From: Tubulanus polymorphus
Lineage: Eukaryota > Animalia > Nemertea
Length of the DNA: 64,000 bases
Direction of reading: 5' to 3'
Assembly: GCF_964204645.1 (NCBI RefSeq)
Contig: NC_134031.1
Span: 620,001-684,000 of the forward strand
Shown: positions 52,862 to 63,793 of the stretch, piece by piece
Layout: the number at the start of each line of letters is the position of its first letter
How positions within the stretch are numbered: position 1 is the first letter of the stretch
Translations under genes and position numbers: made by a program
Notes under the pieces: generated by a model
Told to the model about the DNA's origin: nothing
The model's database searches: none
What the model saw: the letters and a program-made list of their open reading frames with translations, nothing else

Positions 52862-53023
52862 CTAGTATGATTTTATCTTCGGTGGATGTGGAAGTGGAAC
52901 CTTGCGATGATTTTTACGGGTTTGCTTGCGGTATTTGGGATAGGACTCATCCTATACCGGACGAAAAATCCGGTTATAACGTGTTCGAGAAGTTACTCGA
53001 TAATGTACAAGTTATGTTGAGAG
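52862..53023 (+). CDS. M13 peptidase duplicated exon B (candidate mutually exclusive)
   Basis: 162 nt, phase 1-1, TAG acceptor, GTATGT donor; ASMILSSVDVEVEPCDDFYGFACGIWDRTHPIPDEKSGYNVFEKLLDNVQVMLR. Confidence 0.9.
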
Positions 53024-53418
53024 GTATGTTCTGTCCCGGTCCCCAAAACCTCTCCTGGTCATCTCACTGTCCCTGCAACAAAAACAACTGTTAGTTAAAA
53101 GGTAAATACAGTAGAAGAATAACCACGATCGGACGCGAGTCTCTGGTGAGAGAACGAATCAATTTCGTATACTTTAGATTTTGATATTTTAATGAATTTC
53201 GTTTTCAAATTCTTAAATAGAAAGTTTTATAAGCGAGAAAACTTTCACGATGTATTTTCTTTATTTCTGTTTGACCATGATCAATAAATAAATCATTCGA
53301 AAGACAGTTTAAATCACATATCAATTTTGCCCGTGAAAGAATTGATGAATGATGTTGTTTAATATTGATACTGGTTTTAAAACCAGCCCTGATGAATTGT
53401 GTATTTATTCATTGTCAG

Positions 53419-53502
53419 GTTTGTTAGAAGAGCCGACCACAGAATCAGACTCGGACGCCCGAAATAAAGCTAAAGTGTTGTATAAATCCTGTATGAACAC
53501 GA
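53419..53502 (+). CDS. M13 peptidase exon
   Basis: 84 nt, phase 1-1; GLLEEPTTESDSDARNKAKVLYKSCMNT (KAK.LY.SCM motif). Confidence 0.92.
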
Positions 53503-53699
53503 GTAAGTATCAGCCATATTGAAAACAGGGATATACTTCACTGGGGAGGGTTAGTTCTATATATCAAGCAGCTCAAGCCGTACGAAGACTTAGGTGTTAG
53601 CGCTCCGAGCAAAATAAACTTAAAATTGCACAGCCTTACCACGACAGGTATTATATGCCGCTCCAGATTAATTTACTTTTCTCATGTCATTTTTTGTAG

Positions 53700-53905
53700 C
53701 CCAAATTAAAGTGATCGGTGACGGTCCATTACGTAAGGTATTAGACACGTTGGACGGGTGGCCGGTCGTTGCTGGAAAATGGGACGAAAATCTGTGGAAT
53801 TTGGAGGAAAAGCTGGCGTTTCTTCGTGTGAAGTATCACGCGCCGCTATTAGTGAAATCATACGTAGGAATAGACGATAGAAATTCATCAGCTTATGTGC
53901 TTACA
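53700..53905 (+). CDS. M13 peptidase exon
   Basis: 206 nt, phase 1-0; GDGPLRKVLDTLDGWPVV...VGIDDRNSSAYVLT. Confidence 0.92.
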
Positions 53906-53932
53906 GTACGTACCTTTATCAGTGCGAGACAA

Positions 53933-54104
53933 GGGGTCAGTTAATCAGGGGTCAGTTACTCAGGGTCAGTTAATCAGGGGTCAGTTACTCAGGGTCAGTT
54001 AATCAGGGGTCAGTTACTCAGTGGTCAGTTAATCAGGGGTCAGGTAATAAGGGGTCAGTTACTCAGTGGTCAGTTAATCAGGGGTCAGGTAATAAGGGGT
54101 CAGT
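53933..54104. repeat. ~14-15 bp tandem GGGGTCAGTTAATCA / GGGTCAGTTACTCA
   Basis: Starts ~27 bp after an exon donor. Confidence 0.88.
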
Positions 54105-54695
54105 AAATCAGGAGTTGCTTCTGAGTTGCTCAAAATTGGTTTATTAAAGATAACAATCACAGATAAATGCTGTAATAACAATGCAATGTCAATTATCACT
54201 TTGCCAGTTATCCATTGGTTAAAACTGTCCCCAATATCACCCATAAATCCCAGTACAATAACTACCCTATAGTTCCCAGTACCACGCAATTTCACAATTC
54301 TCTTAGAAATCATTAAACTCGTATATACCGAATAGTTTTGATGTCACACACGTCTTTAACAAGTGCGAATTCAATTCGGTTTCTGCTCATTAAATTCAAA
54401 CCGGACGCGAAATTCTCTCATAAAAACATCTTCTAATGATAATAAGCGACGTATTGACGGCGAAGTTAAACCTATTTCATGTGTCATCGTCTGTTTCTTA
54501 ATACGGCAATTTATATCCCGCATACGACACGTGGAAGGCGCTTTCCTTGCGAATAGAAACCCGTAGTTAATGAAGCTACTAGGCGAAAATAATTGGTTTT
54601 AGTGACTAATTTGTTTTCGCAGCTTACGAAGAATGTCGAAACAATTTATCAGAGTTGTGGTTTTATGTCTAATTGGTTTTTGTGAATTTGTTTAG

Positions 54696-54878
54696 GTGAA
54701 TCAGGCGGGACTGGGTATGCCTAGTAGAGACTACTACTTGCAGGATATCGACTCGTTACATATAAACGCCTATAAGGAATTCATGACGAACGTTGCCGGC
54801 ATTCTCGGAGCCGACCCAATTCGGGCTAAAAAAGAACTCGCCGAAGATGTACTGAACTTTGAAATACAGCTGGCCAAC
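54696..54878 (+). CDS. M13 peptidase exon
   Basis: 183 nt, phase 0-0; VNQAGLGMPSRDYYL...VLNFEIQLAN. Confidence 0.93.
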
Positions 54879-54968
54879 GTGAGTCCAATTATGATTATGC
54901 CACCCGCTTAAAGACAATTCTTGATAGAAATATTTTGCAATCAAATGTTTGTGTTCGGTATTTGGCAG

Positions 54969-55055
54969 ATTACAAAATCGTTGTCGGAACAACACGATGC
55001 CGAGGCCGCTTACGAGAAAATGACCTTGAAACAATTACGTAATGAAGTACCGCAG
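54969..55055 (+). CDS. M13 peptidase exon
   Basis: 87 nt, phase 0-0; ITKSLSEQHDAEAAYEKMTLKQLRNEVPQ. Confidence 0.9.
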
Positions 55056-55346
55056 GTTAGTGATTGGTAGCAGACGATCCTATACATAGATCATCACCGT
55101 GAAAATTGAATTGTTTCAAATCATAGGCAAATCTAAGAAATTTTAAGATATTTATCTAGCGATGGAATTTATAGTCTGACAGTCGCTTTAGTCATCAAAA
55201 CTGCATGAGTAGCACAATTGAGACAAATTGAGATTTCTACGAAATTCTAAGATTCGGTCATATTTTGGAATAAGTGATCCTAGATTTCTGTTTATCCTCT
55301 CATCATCTTGATTTCAATCTAATGATAGATAATTTTTAATGCGCAG

Positions 55347-55471
55347 ATTGACTGGTTGAAATACTTTAGAGGATTCATTCCGGCAGAACTGGACGAGACC
55401 GAAGAAGTGGTTGTACTTGCGAAATCTTATCTGAAAAATCTTGGAATTCTTATTCGTAAAACACCGAAAAG
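55347..55471 (+). CDS. M13 peptidase exon
   Basis: 125 nt, phase 0-2; IDWLKYF...EEVVVLAKSYLKNLGILIRKTPKR. Confidence 0.9.
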
Positions 55472-55550
55472 GTATAGGTACAAATATATTCCAATCAACC
55501 TTTATCACTCACCATAGATAAACATATTAGATCTAAGTCTTATTTTTCAG

Positions 55551-55653
55551 GATAATCTCGAACTATCTATTATGGCGGATAGTAATGGCGTACGCGCCTG
55601 AGTTGACGGATGACTTCACCATTCAGAGGAACATGTACATGAAAGTCATCCAG
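55551..55653 (+). CDS. M13 peptidase exon
   Basis: 103 nt, phase 2-0; IISNYLLWRIV (NYxxW motif). Confidence 0.92.
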
Positions 55654-56041
55654 GTAAAATAATTGGCAATATAACCGGGAGCATGTTCGACTAGAATGAT
55701 AATGGCTTTACTTACAGTTCCGCAGTTGTGAGTTAGAGTTGACTCTGAACTCAGGATCCAGTTCAACAGCTGTGAGTTAGAGTTAACTCTGAACTCAGGA
55801 TCCAGTTCCGCAGTTGAGTCAAATCTGAACTCACAACTGTAGAACTGGATCTTGATTCTGTTGGCTAGAGCTACGAGCAATCATCTTGAGATGCTTGATT
55901 GCTTATAAGCTAAAGTTAAATGCTCCGTTTTGATAATAATGTGTACTATTGTATTATATAATTTCACTTTTGACAATCTGTTTGAGTGACACTGTTATGC
56001 ATGTTATCTAAAAGTGAAGATGGGACGGTTTATTTTCGTAG

Positions 56042-56161
56042 GGAGTTGGCAGAGATAAGGCCAGATGGCAGAAATGTGTTGAGCTGGTCAACGAACGGTT
56101 TGGAATGGGTGTAGGAGCCCTGTTTATCAGAGATAACTTCAAAAAGGAAAGCAAGGATACG
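56042..56161 (+). CDS. M13 peptidase exon
   Basis: 120 nt, phase 0-0; ARWQKCVELVNERFGMGVGALFIRDNFKKESKDT. Confidence 0.93.
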
Positions 56162-56169
56162 GTATGTCA

Positions 56170-56450
56170 GGAATATAGCTACCACTGGAGGAACATAGCT
56201 ACCACTGGAGGAACATAGCTACCACTGGAGGAGCATAGCTACCACTGGGGGAACATAGCTACCACTGGAGGAGCATAGCTACCACTGGAGGAGCATAGCT
56301 ACCACTGGGGGAGCATAGCCACCAGCGGGAAGCTATCAACCACGTGTGTGCATATAGCTACCACTGGACAATATATAGCTACCAGTGGAAAAAGATAGCT
56401 ACAACTGGGGAACATAGCTTCCACTGGGGAACATAGCTTCCACTGGAGAA
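56170..56450. repeat. 20-bp minisatellite CATAGCTACCACTGGAGGA(A/G) x ~13
   Basis: Begins ~8 bp after an exon donor. Confidence 0.9.
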
Positions 56451-56607
56451 CTTATCAAATCCTACTACGAATACAACCACATTACTTAGATTATTTCACA
56501 AAAAGACACACATGGATGGCAGCACAGTTAGATAAACCATGTGAAACATTCTAGTAATATTTTTCGTATGATTTCTACTATTTGACGACTGTAATTTATT
56601 TTGACAG

Positions 56608-56706
56608 GCGCTTGAGATGATACACAACATCCGTGAAGCGTTCAATGAATTACTACTGGAGAATGATTGGATGGATGCTAAAACTAAAGCAGTAGCAAAG
56701 GAAAAG
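56608..56706 (+). CDS. M13 peptidase exon
   Basis: 99 nt, phase 0-0; ALEMIHNIREAFNELLLENDWMDAKTKAVAKEK (WMD motif). Confidence 0.93.
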
Positions 56707-56947
56707 GTACCGATAAATACCAGAACGTGTCGGGAATTGTTATATGTCAGTTACCAGTAACGCACTCCCCTCAGTTCATGTAACCCCGCCTATGTAAGCC
56801 CCGCTTGAACTTATGCTGTAGCGAGTAGATAAATAAATCAGAGTTTACTTAGACACCAAACATATTGGTCGTTGTTCACCTCTCCGGCGGTCTTGCTTAT
56901 TTTACTCAAACCTGGACCATTTAATGTGGCAATCATAGCCCACATTT

Positions 56948-56965
56948 TGGTGCCGTGACCAGGAT
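56948..56965 (+). other. Primer binding site complementary to tRNA-His 3' end
   Basis: TGGTGCCGTGACCAGGAT, 3 nt after the 5' LTR, is the reverse complement of ATCCTGGTCACGGCA-CCA (invertebrate tRNA-His 3' end as I recall it). Confidence 0.85.
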
Positions 56966-56997
56966 ATACAAGCAGTAAATTCAGAAACTCAGCCAAG

Positions 56998-58251
56998 ATG
57001 CCGTCGAAAGAAGAGATAATGCGAAATGCGCAAATTCGACAGATGACGAAACTTTTTGATCAGGCGAGGGATTTACTTCATTCGGAAAGTGACGAAAGCC
57101 TAGACAAATTGTCTGGCGTCATAACTAGAATACGTACAAAATTGGAAGTTATCGCAGGATATGATTCGGAACTGATTGCGAACGCAGAGTTAGGGAAACT
57201 CGAAGACCTCGTATGTGAAACCGATGATTATATGAACGAAATAAACATCGAACTATCAACCTTCATCGGATACCTCGAACGGAAAAAGAATCAAATCGAA
57301 CCGACAACGCGCATGAAATCCGAGCATCAAAAAACTGCGAAAAGACCGATCCAGTTGCCGAAGTTATCTTTGCCAACATTCGATGGCGATATTCTGAAAT
57401 GGCAAACGTTCTTCGATGGGTTTTTCTCGGCAGTTGATAGTGATGAGAACTTAACGAATATCCAAAAGTTCCAATATCTGTCCGCACAGCTAAAGGGCGA
57501 CGCTGCAAAAACGATCGAAAACCTGAGTTTAACAAACGAAAATTATAATCAAGCTTTGGAACTTTTGTTAAACCGGTACGGGACACCACACAAAATTGTG
57601 GCCGCATACATGAAAGCGTTGTGGGAGCTTTCACCACCGAGTGATCGCGACAACTCACTACGGAATTTCTATGACTCTCTGGAATCTTATATTCGTGGAT
57701 TAAATTCACTCGGAAAATCCGAAGAATCGTACGGAGATCTGTTAGTACCCATCATAATGGAAAAACTACCGAGCGGAACTAAACAACAGATTACCAGAGA
57801 CCACGGTAACAATGCTTGGAGCCTGACTGATCTAAGAAAGTCACTCCTTAAAGAAATTGAGGCCTTCGAGGCTAGTATCGAAAGCCTTACGATAGAGGAT
57901 GATTTTCCCGCCAATTCGCCGACCGTGGGAGCGTTCGCAGTTACGGCGAAAAACAGACATAATTTTTCACGGGAAAACGATCGAAAATGTGCGTTCTGCA
58001 AAAAGATCAATCACGTTGCGGTGGACTGTAAAACGTTTCCAGATGCTGAAAAACGCAGAGAAATTGTTGCTAGGGATAATTTATGCTTTAATTGTCTCTC
58101 GAGCGGTCACAAATCGACGAAATGCTTATCGAAAAACAGATGCAGAGTTACAAACTGTGGCAAAAAGCATCACACATCAGTTCATTTAGATGCAAAATCA
58201 ACCACACCTGTGGCCGCAAAATCAACCGATGAGAAAGCTGACAGGGATTGA
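56998..58251 (+). CDS. gag: BEL/Pao Gag
   Basis: LPKLSLPTFDG...W..F...F (DUF1759-type); three Cys/His knuckles CAFC..H...C, CFNC..H...C, CRV..C..HH. Confidence 0.93.
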   Translation: MPSKEEIMRNAQIRQMTKLFDQARDLLHSESDESLDKLSGVITRIRTKLEVIAGYDSELIANAELGKLEDLVCETDDYMNEINIELSTFIGYLERKKNQIEPTTRMKSEHQKTAKRPIQLPKLSLPTFDGDILKWQTFFDGFFSAVDSDENLTNIQKFQYLSAQLKGDAAKTIENLSLTNENYNQALELLLNRYGTPHKIVAAYMKALWELSPPSDRDNSLRNFYDSLESYIRGLNSLGKSEESYGDLLVPIIMEKLPSGTKQQITRDHGNNAWSLTDLRKSLLKEIEAFEASIESLTIEDDFPANSPTVGAFAVTAKNRHNFSRENDRKCAFCKKINHVAVDCKTFPDAEKRREIVARDNLCFNCLSSGHKSTKCLSKNRCRVTNCGKKHHTSVHLDAKSTTPVAAKSTDEKADRD

Positions 58252-61200
58252 CATCAGTATCTGGGCGCCGCCGATGGAACAGTGTTATTAAAAACAGCTA
58301 TCGCGAACGCAAAAAGTCGCGAAGGCGTAACGACTAACGTAAACATCTTGTTCGACGAGGGCGCTCAGCGGAGTTTTATTACTCAAAGAACAGCCGAAAG
58401 ATTATATATAAACAGTGAAGAAACCGAAACTATATCGATCAACACATTTGGCGCGAAACAATCAAGTGCGCGGTCACTGATTGTTGCGAACTTTACACTA
58501 TGTTCTGATGAAACCGACATACCGATAACGGCGTTAATTGTTCCACAAATTGCGTCGACAATGCGAAACCAAACCGGCAGATCTATCAAAGATTTACCGT
58601 ATCTGACAGGTTTGAAATTAGCGCATCCGTTTTCTACCGAATCACACTTCGAAATCGACATTTTAATCGGTGCCGATTTCTATTGGTCAGTGGTCGGTAA
58701 CCACACAATCCGCGGAAATGGACCCACGGCAGTATCTTCGAAATTAGGGTATCTTCTCTCTGGACCGTTTAGTGATTGCGATCCAATAAATACTGCACGA
58801 GTTTACAACGTGGATGTTACGTCACATCGTTCGGAGGAAGTCAACCTCCAAAAATTCTGGGATCTCGAATCCATAGGCGTAACTGATGCAACAGATGCGG
58901 CTTCAAAAGAATTCAATCTACTCGACTACTGTCAATCAAGCCTGACGACATCCGACACGGGACGGTATACTGCGAAGTTGCCGTGGAAGAGTGGACACGC
59001 CCCCCTTCCGACAAATTACTATGTTACTCGAAACATAACACAATCGATGATTCGTCGGCTATCGCCGCAAATTCGAAATGTTTACCACAACATTATCATG
59101 GATCAATTATCGCGAGACTTCATCGAAGAAGTCACAGATGATGACCGAAACATAGGTCATTATTTACCGCATCGCGCGGTCAAGAAGGAATCGTCAACAA
59201 CCCCTATCCGTATCGTCTATAACGCGTCTTTATCGACCGCGGGAAACCCTAGTTTAAATGATTGTTTGGAGACCGGTCCGACGCTGCTGAATGACCTCGG
59301 TTCAATCCTGATCAGATTCAGGTTGCATAAATTCGGATTGTCGGCGGATATCGAAAAGGCGTTTCTTCAAGTTGGTCTGCACGATGATGATCGCGAGTAT
59401 ACGAAATTTCTATGGTTGACTGATCCTAAGAATCCAGAAAGTGAACTCAAAACCTATCGCTTCAAGGTTATATTGTTCGGCGTGGTGAGTTCACCCTTTA
59501 TATTGAATGCTACTGTTCGTTTTCATCTAAATAATTATAATAACCATGTATCACGTGACTTAGTTAAAAATATATATGTCGACAACGCGATTAGTGGATG
59601 TGAATCTGAGAGCGATCTCATGAAATACTATACGAATATCAATAGCATAATGAAAAACGGCGGATTTAAACTTCAGTCTTATGCTTCTAACTCTTCGTTA
59701 CTAAAGGCCAAAGCAGATTCCGATAATTTATCGGACGAGAAAACTATTGTTTCTGCGCTCGGACTCCAATGGGATACGGTGAATGATACGCTGTCATTCA
59801 AAAACAAACAAGCGTTCGCCAATCCTGACTTGATTACCAAACGCGAAATCGTTAAGGCTGTCTCGAGCCTTTATGACCCGTTAGGATACGTCTCGCCTGT
59901 CCATATTAAGTCGAAGATGTTCGTACAGCAGTTGTGGACGGAAGGTTATGAGTGGGACGAAACCCTACCCGAGCGCGTAGTCGAATCGTGGATCTCGTTG
60001 ATAACGGAATTGCGTGAAATTAGCGAAATACGCGTTGATCGACGCTACTCGAAATCGGAAGCGAAATCGGAAGCTAAGTACGAATTGCACACTTTCTGCG
60101 ATGCGAGCCAATTGGCATACGGCGCTTGCGTCTATCTAAAACGTGGAGATCAGACGGTACTCGTCATGTCTAAATCGCGTGTGGCACCTGTTAAAAAACA
60201 TACGATACCGCAGTTAGAATTAATGGCCGCGTTGATTGGTGCTAAATTAACAGATTACGTTCGAAACAGTCTGATTACTGAAATAGTCATAACAAAGTGC
60301 GTGCTCTGGTCAGATAGCCAGATTGTGTTACACTGGATCAACTCCGAGAAAAAGCTTCCCGTCTTCGTAGCTAATCGCGTGCGTCAAATTAAATCGGTGA
60401 CAACTATCGGTCGCTATAAATATTGTCCGACGAGTGACAATCCGGCTGATATGTTAAGCAGAGGAATATCGTGCGAACAAATTACGCGATGCACGCTCTG
60501 GTGGAATGGCCCTAGCTGGCTTAGCAACGGTAATTATCCCACCTGCGACACGATCGATCGAGCAGTTTTGCTCATAACCGAAATGGACGAGGACAAACAG
60601 CCTGACGAAAAAATCTGCGAAAACAACGAAGTCGGAATATGTAACGTAATAGATCAGAACGATTTCACTTCGTTAACAAGGCTATTACGCGTAACCGCGC
60701 TAGTTCGACGATTTATTAAAAAGTCAAGACGCGAAAACCATGAATCGGATGAAATAACTGCTAACGAAATAGCAGAATGCGAAGATCTATGGAACAAAGG
60801 TGTTCAATCGAGTTACTTCAATGACGTGAAAGTTAGTTTAGAACATAAATCTAAGAAAAGGCCATCACTTGTAAAGAAACTTCGTTTGTTTTTAGAAGAT
60901 GATATCATTCGTGTTGGAGGCCGTCTCCATAACGCGCCCATCGGATACGATGCAAAGTTTCCGATATTGTTACCTCATTGTAGATATAGTGAATTAATCG
61001 TACTGGATTCCCATAATAAGGTCAAACACCTCGGTACAGAATCTACTATAACCGTAGTCCGACAAAAGTATTGGATTACTCGTGTTCGTCAAGTGGCTCG
61101 GAAGTTGTTGAGAAAATGCGTCATATGCAAATATATCACCGGTAAACCGTACTCGTTACCAAACTGCGCTCCGTTACAATCTTCGCGTTTGAAAGAGGCT

Positions 61201-61535
61201 CCACCCTTCACCGTCTGTGGTTTAGATTTCACCGGTGCACTACATCTTCGGTCGAAATCCGGGGAGGAGTCACTCGCGTATATATGCTTGTTTACTTGCG
61301 CGAACACGCGTGCCATCCATCTGGAAGTGGTAACGGACATGACTACGTCAACATTCCTACACGCGTTGAGGAGAATGGCTGCCAGACGTTCGTTACCACA
61401 GAAAATAATATCGGACAACCAATCAACCTTTATTGCGAGTAACAATGCTATCAAAAAGATATACGAATCGATCGAAACCCGAAAGTACTTCAGCCTACAC
61501 CGATCAGAGTGGGTCATGATAACTCGTCGAGCCCC
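58252..61535 (+). CDS. pol: BEL/Pao Pol (aspartic protease, RT, RNase H, integrase N-part); same frame as gag after a single TGA
   Basis: LFDEGAQRSFI, ADIEKAFLQV, YVDN, FCDAS, HHCC zinc finger, GLDFTG, SDN. Confidence 0.93.
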
Positions 61536-62279
61536 TGGTTTGGTGGATTTTACGAAAGGCTAGTTGGAATAACAAAAACCGCGATCAAAAAAGTTCTGGG
61601 GCGTGCGCGACTATCCCTGCTGGAATTGATTACGATCGTATCAGAGACTGAACAAGCTGTAAATAATCGCCCGATATCGTACTGTTCATCTGATGTGGAC
61701 GACCCAGAACCTTTAACCCCGTCACATTTCCTTCACGGTCGCGTTCTCACGAGTTTACCGCATCTGTTCGTAAGTTACGATGAACTGACCGACCCGACGC
61801 TTGGAAATATGCCGTCAGAATTTGAAAAACGTTCGGTGCGAATCGGTTCATTAAAACAACATCTGTGGAAACGTTGGGCTGAGGAATACGTAACAGCCCT
61901 ACGCGAAAGACACATCCAATTTAAAAATCGCGGATTAACTGGAAATACCATCAGAAAGGGTGATGTCGTGTTAGTACACGACGACAATCATAATTCGCGT
62001 CTGAAATGGAAACTAGCACTGGTCGAGGAACTCGTTCCGGGGAACGACGGCTTAGTTAGAACCGCTAAGATCAAAATTTCGAATGGCAGGACTAATCGAC
62101 CAACTAGCAAACTCTACCCTCTTGAAGTGCGCGCCGCAGATCCCTCGAACACGTGCAAACCGGACTCAAACGTAAATTCTGCACCCGTCACACGTCGTTC
62201 GACGAGAAAGGCAGCTGCCGAGGCTAGAAATAACATCAGTAGATGGGCTAACGTGCTGTCTGATACATGTAGTAGTTAA
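61536..62279 (+). CDS. Integrase C-terminal part, displaced by a 1-nt frameshift
   Basis: (P)WFGGFYERLV carrying the catalytic Glu, NNRP, PLTPSHFL, W..W..EY, GNDGLVR, RP..KLYPLE. Confidence 0.9.
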   Translation, partial: WFGGFYERLVGITKTAIKKVLGRARLSLLELITIVSETEQAVNNRPISYCSSDVDDPEPLTPSHFLHGRVLTSLPHLFVSYDELTDPTLGNMPSEFEKRSVRIGSLKQHLWKRWAEEYVTALRERHIQFKNRGLTGNTIRKGDVVLVHDDNHNSRLKWKLALVEELVPGNDGLVRTAKIKISNGRTNRPTSKLYPLEVRAADPSNTCKPDSNVNSAPVTRRSTRKAAAEARNNISRWANVLSDTCSS

Positions 62280-63013
62280 TTAATTGATAACCGCTCAAGT
62301 CAACGCTAGGTCACTCGGAGACCTAAACAACAAACACAACGCAATGTAATAGACTTTATAATCTTAGTTTTAGAATTAAACACATCATTTTTAGTTGTCA
62401 GTAGTTCCTTATCTGACTATCATAAATTTATAACAATATATATGCATCATTTATTCGAATATCGATATTATTTAGTTGTAGTAACATTTTTCTTAATTAC
62501 ATCTATCTAGTAATTTTCTGTCGCCCGGGAGAATGTCGGGAATTGTTATATGTCAGTTACCAGTAACGCACTCCCCTCAGTTCATGTAACCCCGCCTATG
62601 TAAGCCCCGCTTGAACTTATGCTGTAGCGAGTAGATAAATAAATCAGAGTTTACTTAGACACCAAACATATTGGTCGTTGTTCACCTCTCCGGCGGTCTT
62701 GCTTATTTTACTCAAACCTGGACCATTTAATGTGGCAATCATAGCCCACAGAACGATAAAGGAAGCGATTATGTCCTGCGAGTTTCTCTCTACTCATCTT
62801 TAAAACATTTGCCAAAAATTAACATAATCGATTGTCCTGGAATTTCGCTAGATGTGCATCGTTCAGATTCATAATAATTGGACACCACTTTGAATAGAGA
62901 CAGTTCAATGCGCTTCAAAAGGCCGCCATTTTGGAGAGATCTATGAAACTCGCTTCTACATGTATTACAACATTATCCTACCCATATTTGGAGGAAAAAT
63001 TGTATATTTTTAG

Positions 63014-63091
63014 GCTGATGCAATGAATGAAAGGATCGGGTACCCAGAATTCATCACTAAACCGGATGAACTGAATAGCTATTATAAAAGG
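63014..63091 (+). CDS. M13 peptidase exon
   Basis: 78 nt, phase 0-0; ADAMNERIGYPEFITKPDELNSYYKR continues the exon before the retrotransposon. Confidence 0.93.
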
Positions 63092-63176
63092 GTAAGTTCG
63101 ATAAAGGCAGCAGAATTTCTACTGATAAATAACCGACTGATATCAATCAACGTTTCATCTATTTTCTAATCTTTAG

Positions 63177-63280
63177 CTGGAATTTACGGAGGATCATTTT
63201 TTCGATAACGTACTGAAGATTGAACAGTTCGACGCGAAGAGAAACTTTGAAAAATTGCGACATTCAGTGGATAAAAACAG
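63177..63280 (+). CDS. M13 peptidase exon
   Basis: 104 nt, phase 0-2; LEFTEDHFFDNVLKIEQFDAKRNFEKLRHSVDKN. Confidence 0.9.
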
Positions 63281-63370
63281 GTCAGATTCATCTTTACGTA
63301 TCCAGCTATATCTGTTTAACTAAAGGATCGGTCCATTTAATATTTCAATATCAAATATATGTATTTACAG

Positions 63371-63429
63371 TTGGGAACAAGAACCAGCCATCGTCAATGC
63401 CTTCTATAATCCGAATACCAATGATATAG
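63371..63429 (+). CDS. M13 peptidase exon (VNAFY substrate-binding motif)
   Basis: 59 nt, phase 2-1; WEQEPAIVNAFYNPNTNDI. Confidence 0.94.
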
Positions 63430-63673
63430 GTAAGGGGCCCAGCTATCAGCTTTTAACTCGTTAAAACATGATAATCGCAGTTCTACAGTTGTGAGTTAGA
63501 GATACCTCTGAACTCTGGACCCAGTTCCACAGTTGTGAGTTAGAGTTAACTCTGAGATGAAGTTTAAATTCTAATCTAACTATTTAACTGTGAGTGAACT
63601 GTGGAACTGAGTCTCTATAGTTTACTTGAAATGTGAAAACGAATGAATGTTTTAATGATGATATTATTTGTAG

Positions 63674-63793
63674 TGTTTCCGGCTGGGATTTTACAACCGT
63701 TGTTTTATAGCGCTGATTTCCCGAAATCGTTGAACTACGGAGGAATCGGAGTTGTAATAGGTCACGAGATCACTCACGGATTCGACGATAAAG
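63674..63793 (+). CDS. M13 peptidase exon (HExxH zinc motif); gene continues beyond window
   Basis: 120 nt, phase 1-1; [12 protein letters not shown]...[20 protein letters not shown]. Confidence 0.96.

Larger units (their letters stand above)
56728..62750 (+). mobile_element. Full-length BEL/Pao LTR retrotransposon inserted in an M13 intron
   Basis: 217-bp TG..CA LTRs 56728-56944 and 62534-62750, identical by eye; 5-bp TSD GAACG (56723-56727, 62751-62755); PBS; short purine tract GGGAGAA; gag-PR-RT-RH-IN order. Confidence 0.97.

Noticed and set aside
57263-61987. Minus-strand ORFs inside the retrotransposon
   Set aside because: Antisense shadows of gag/pol with no motif support
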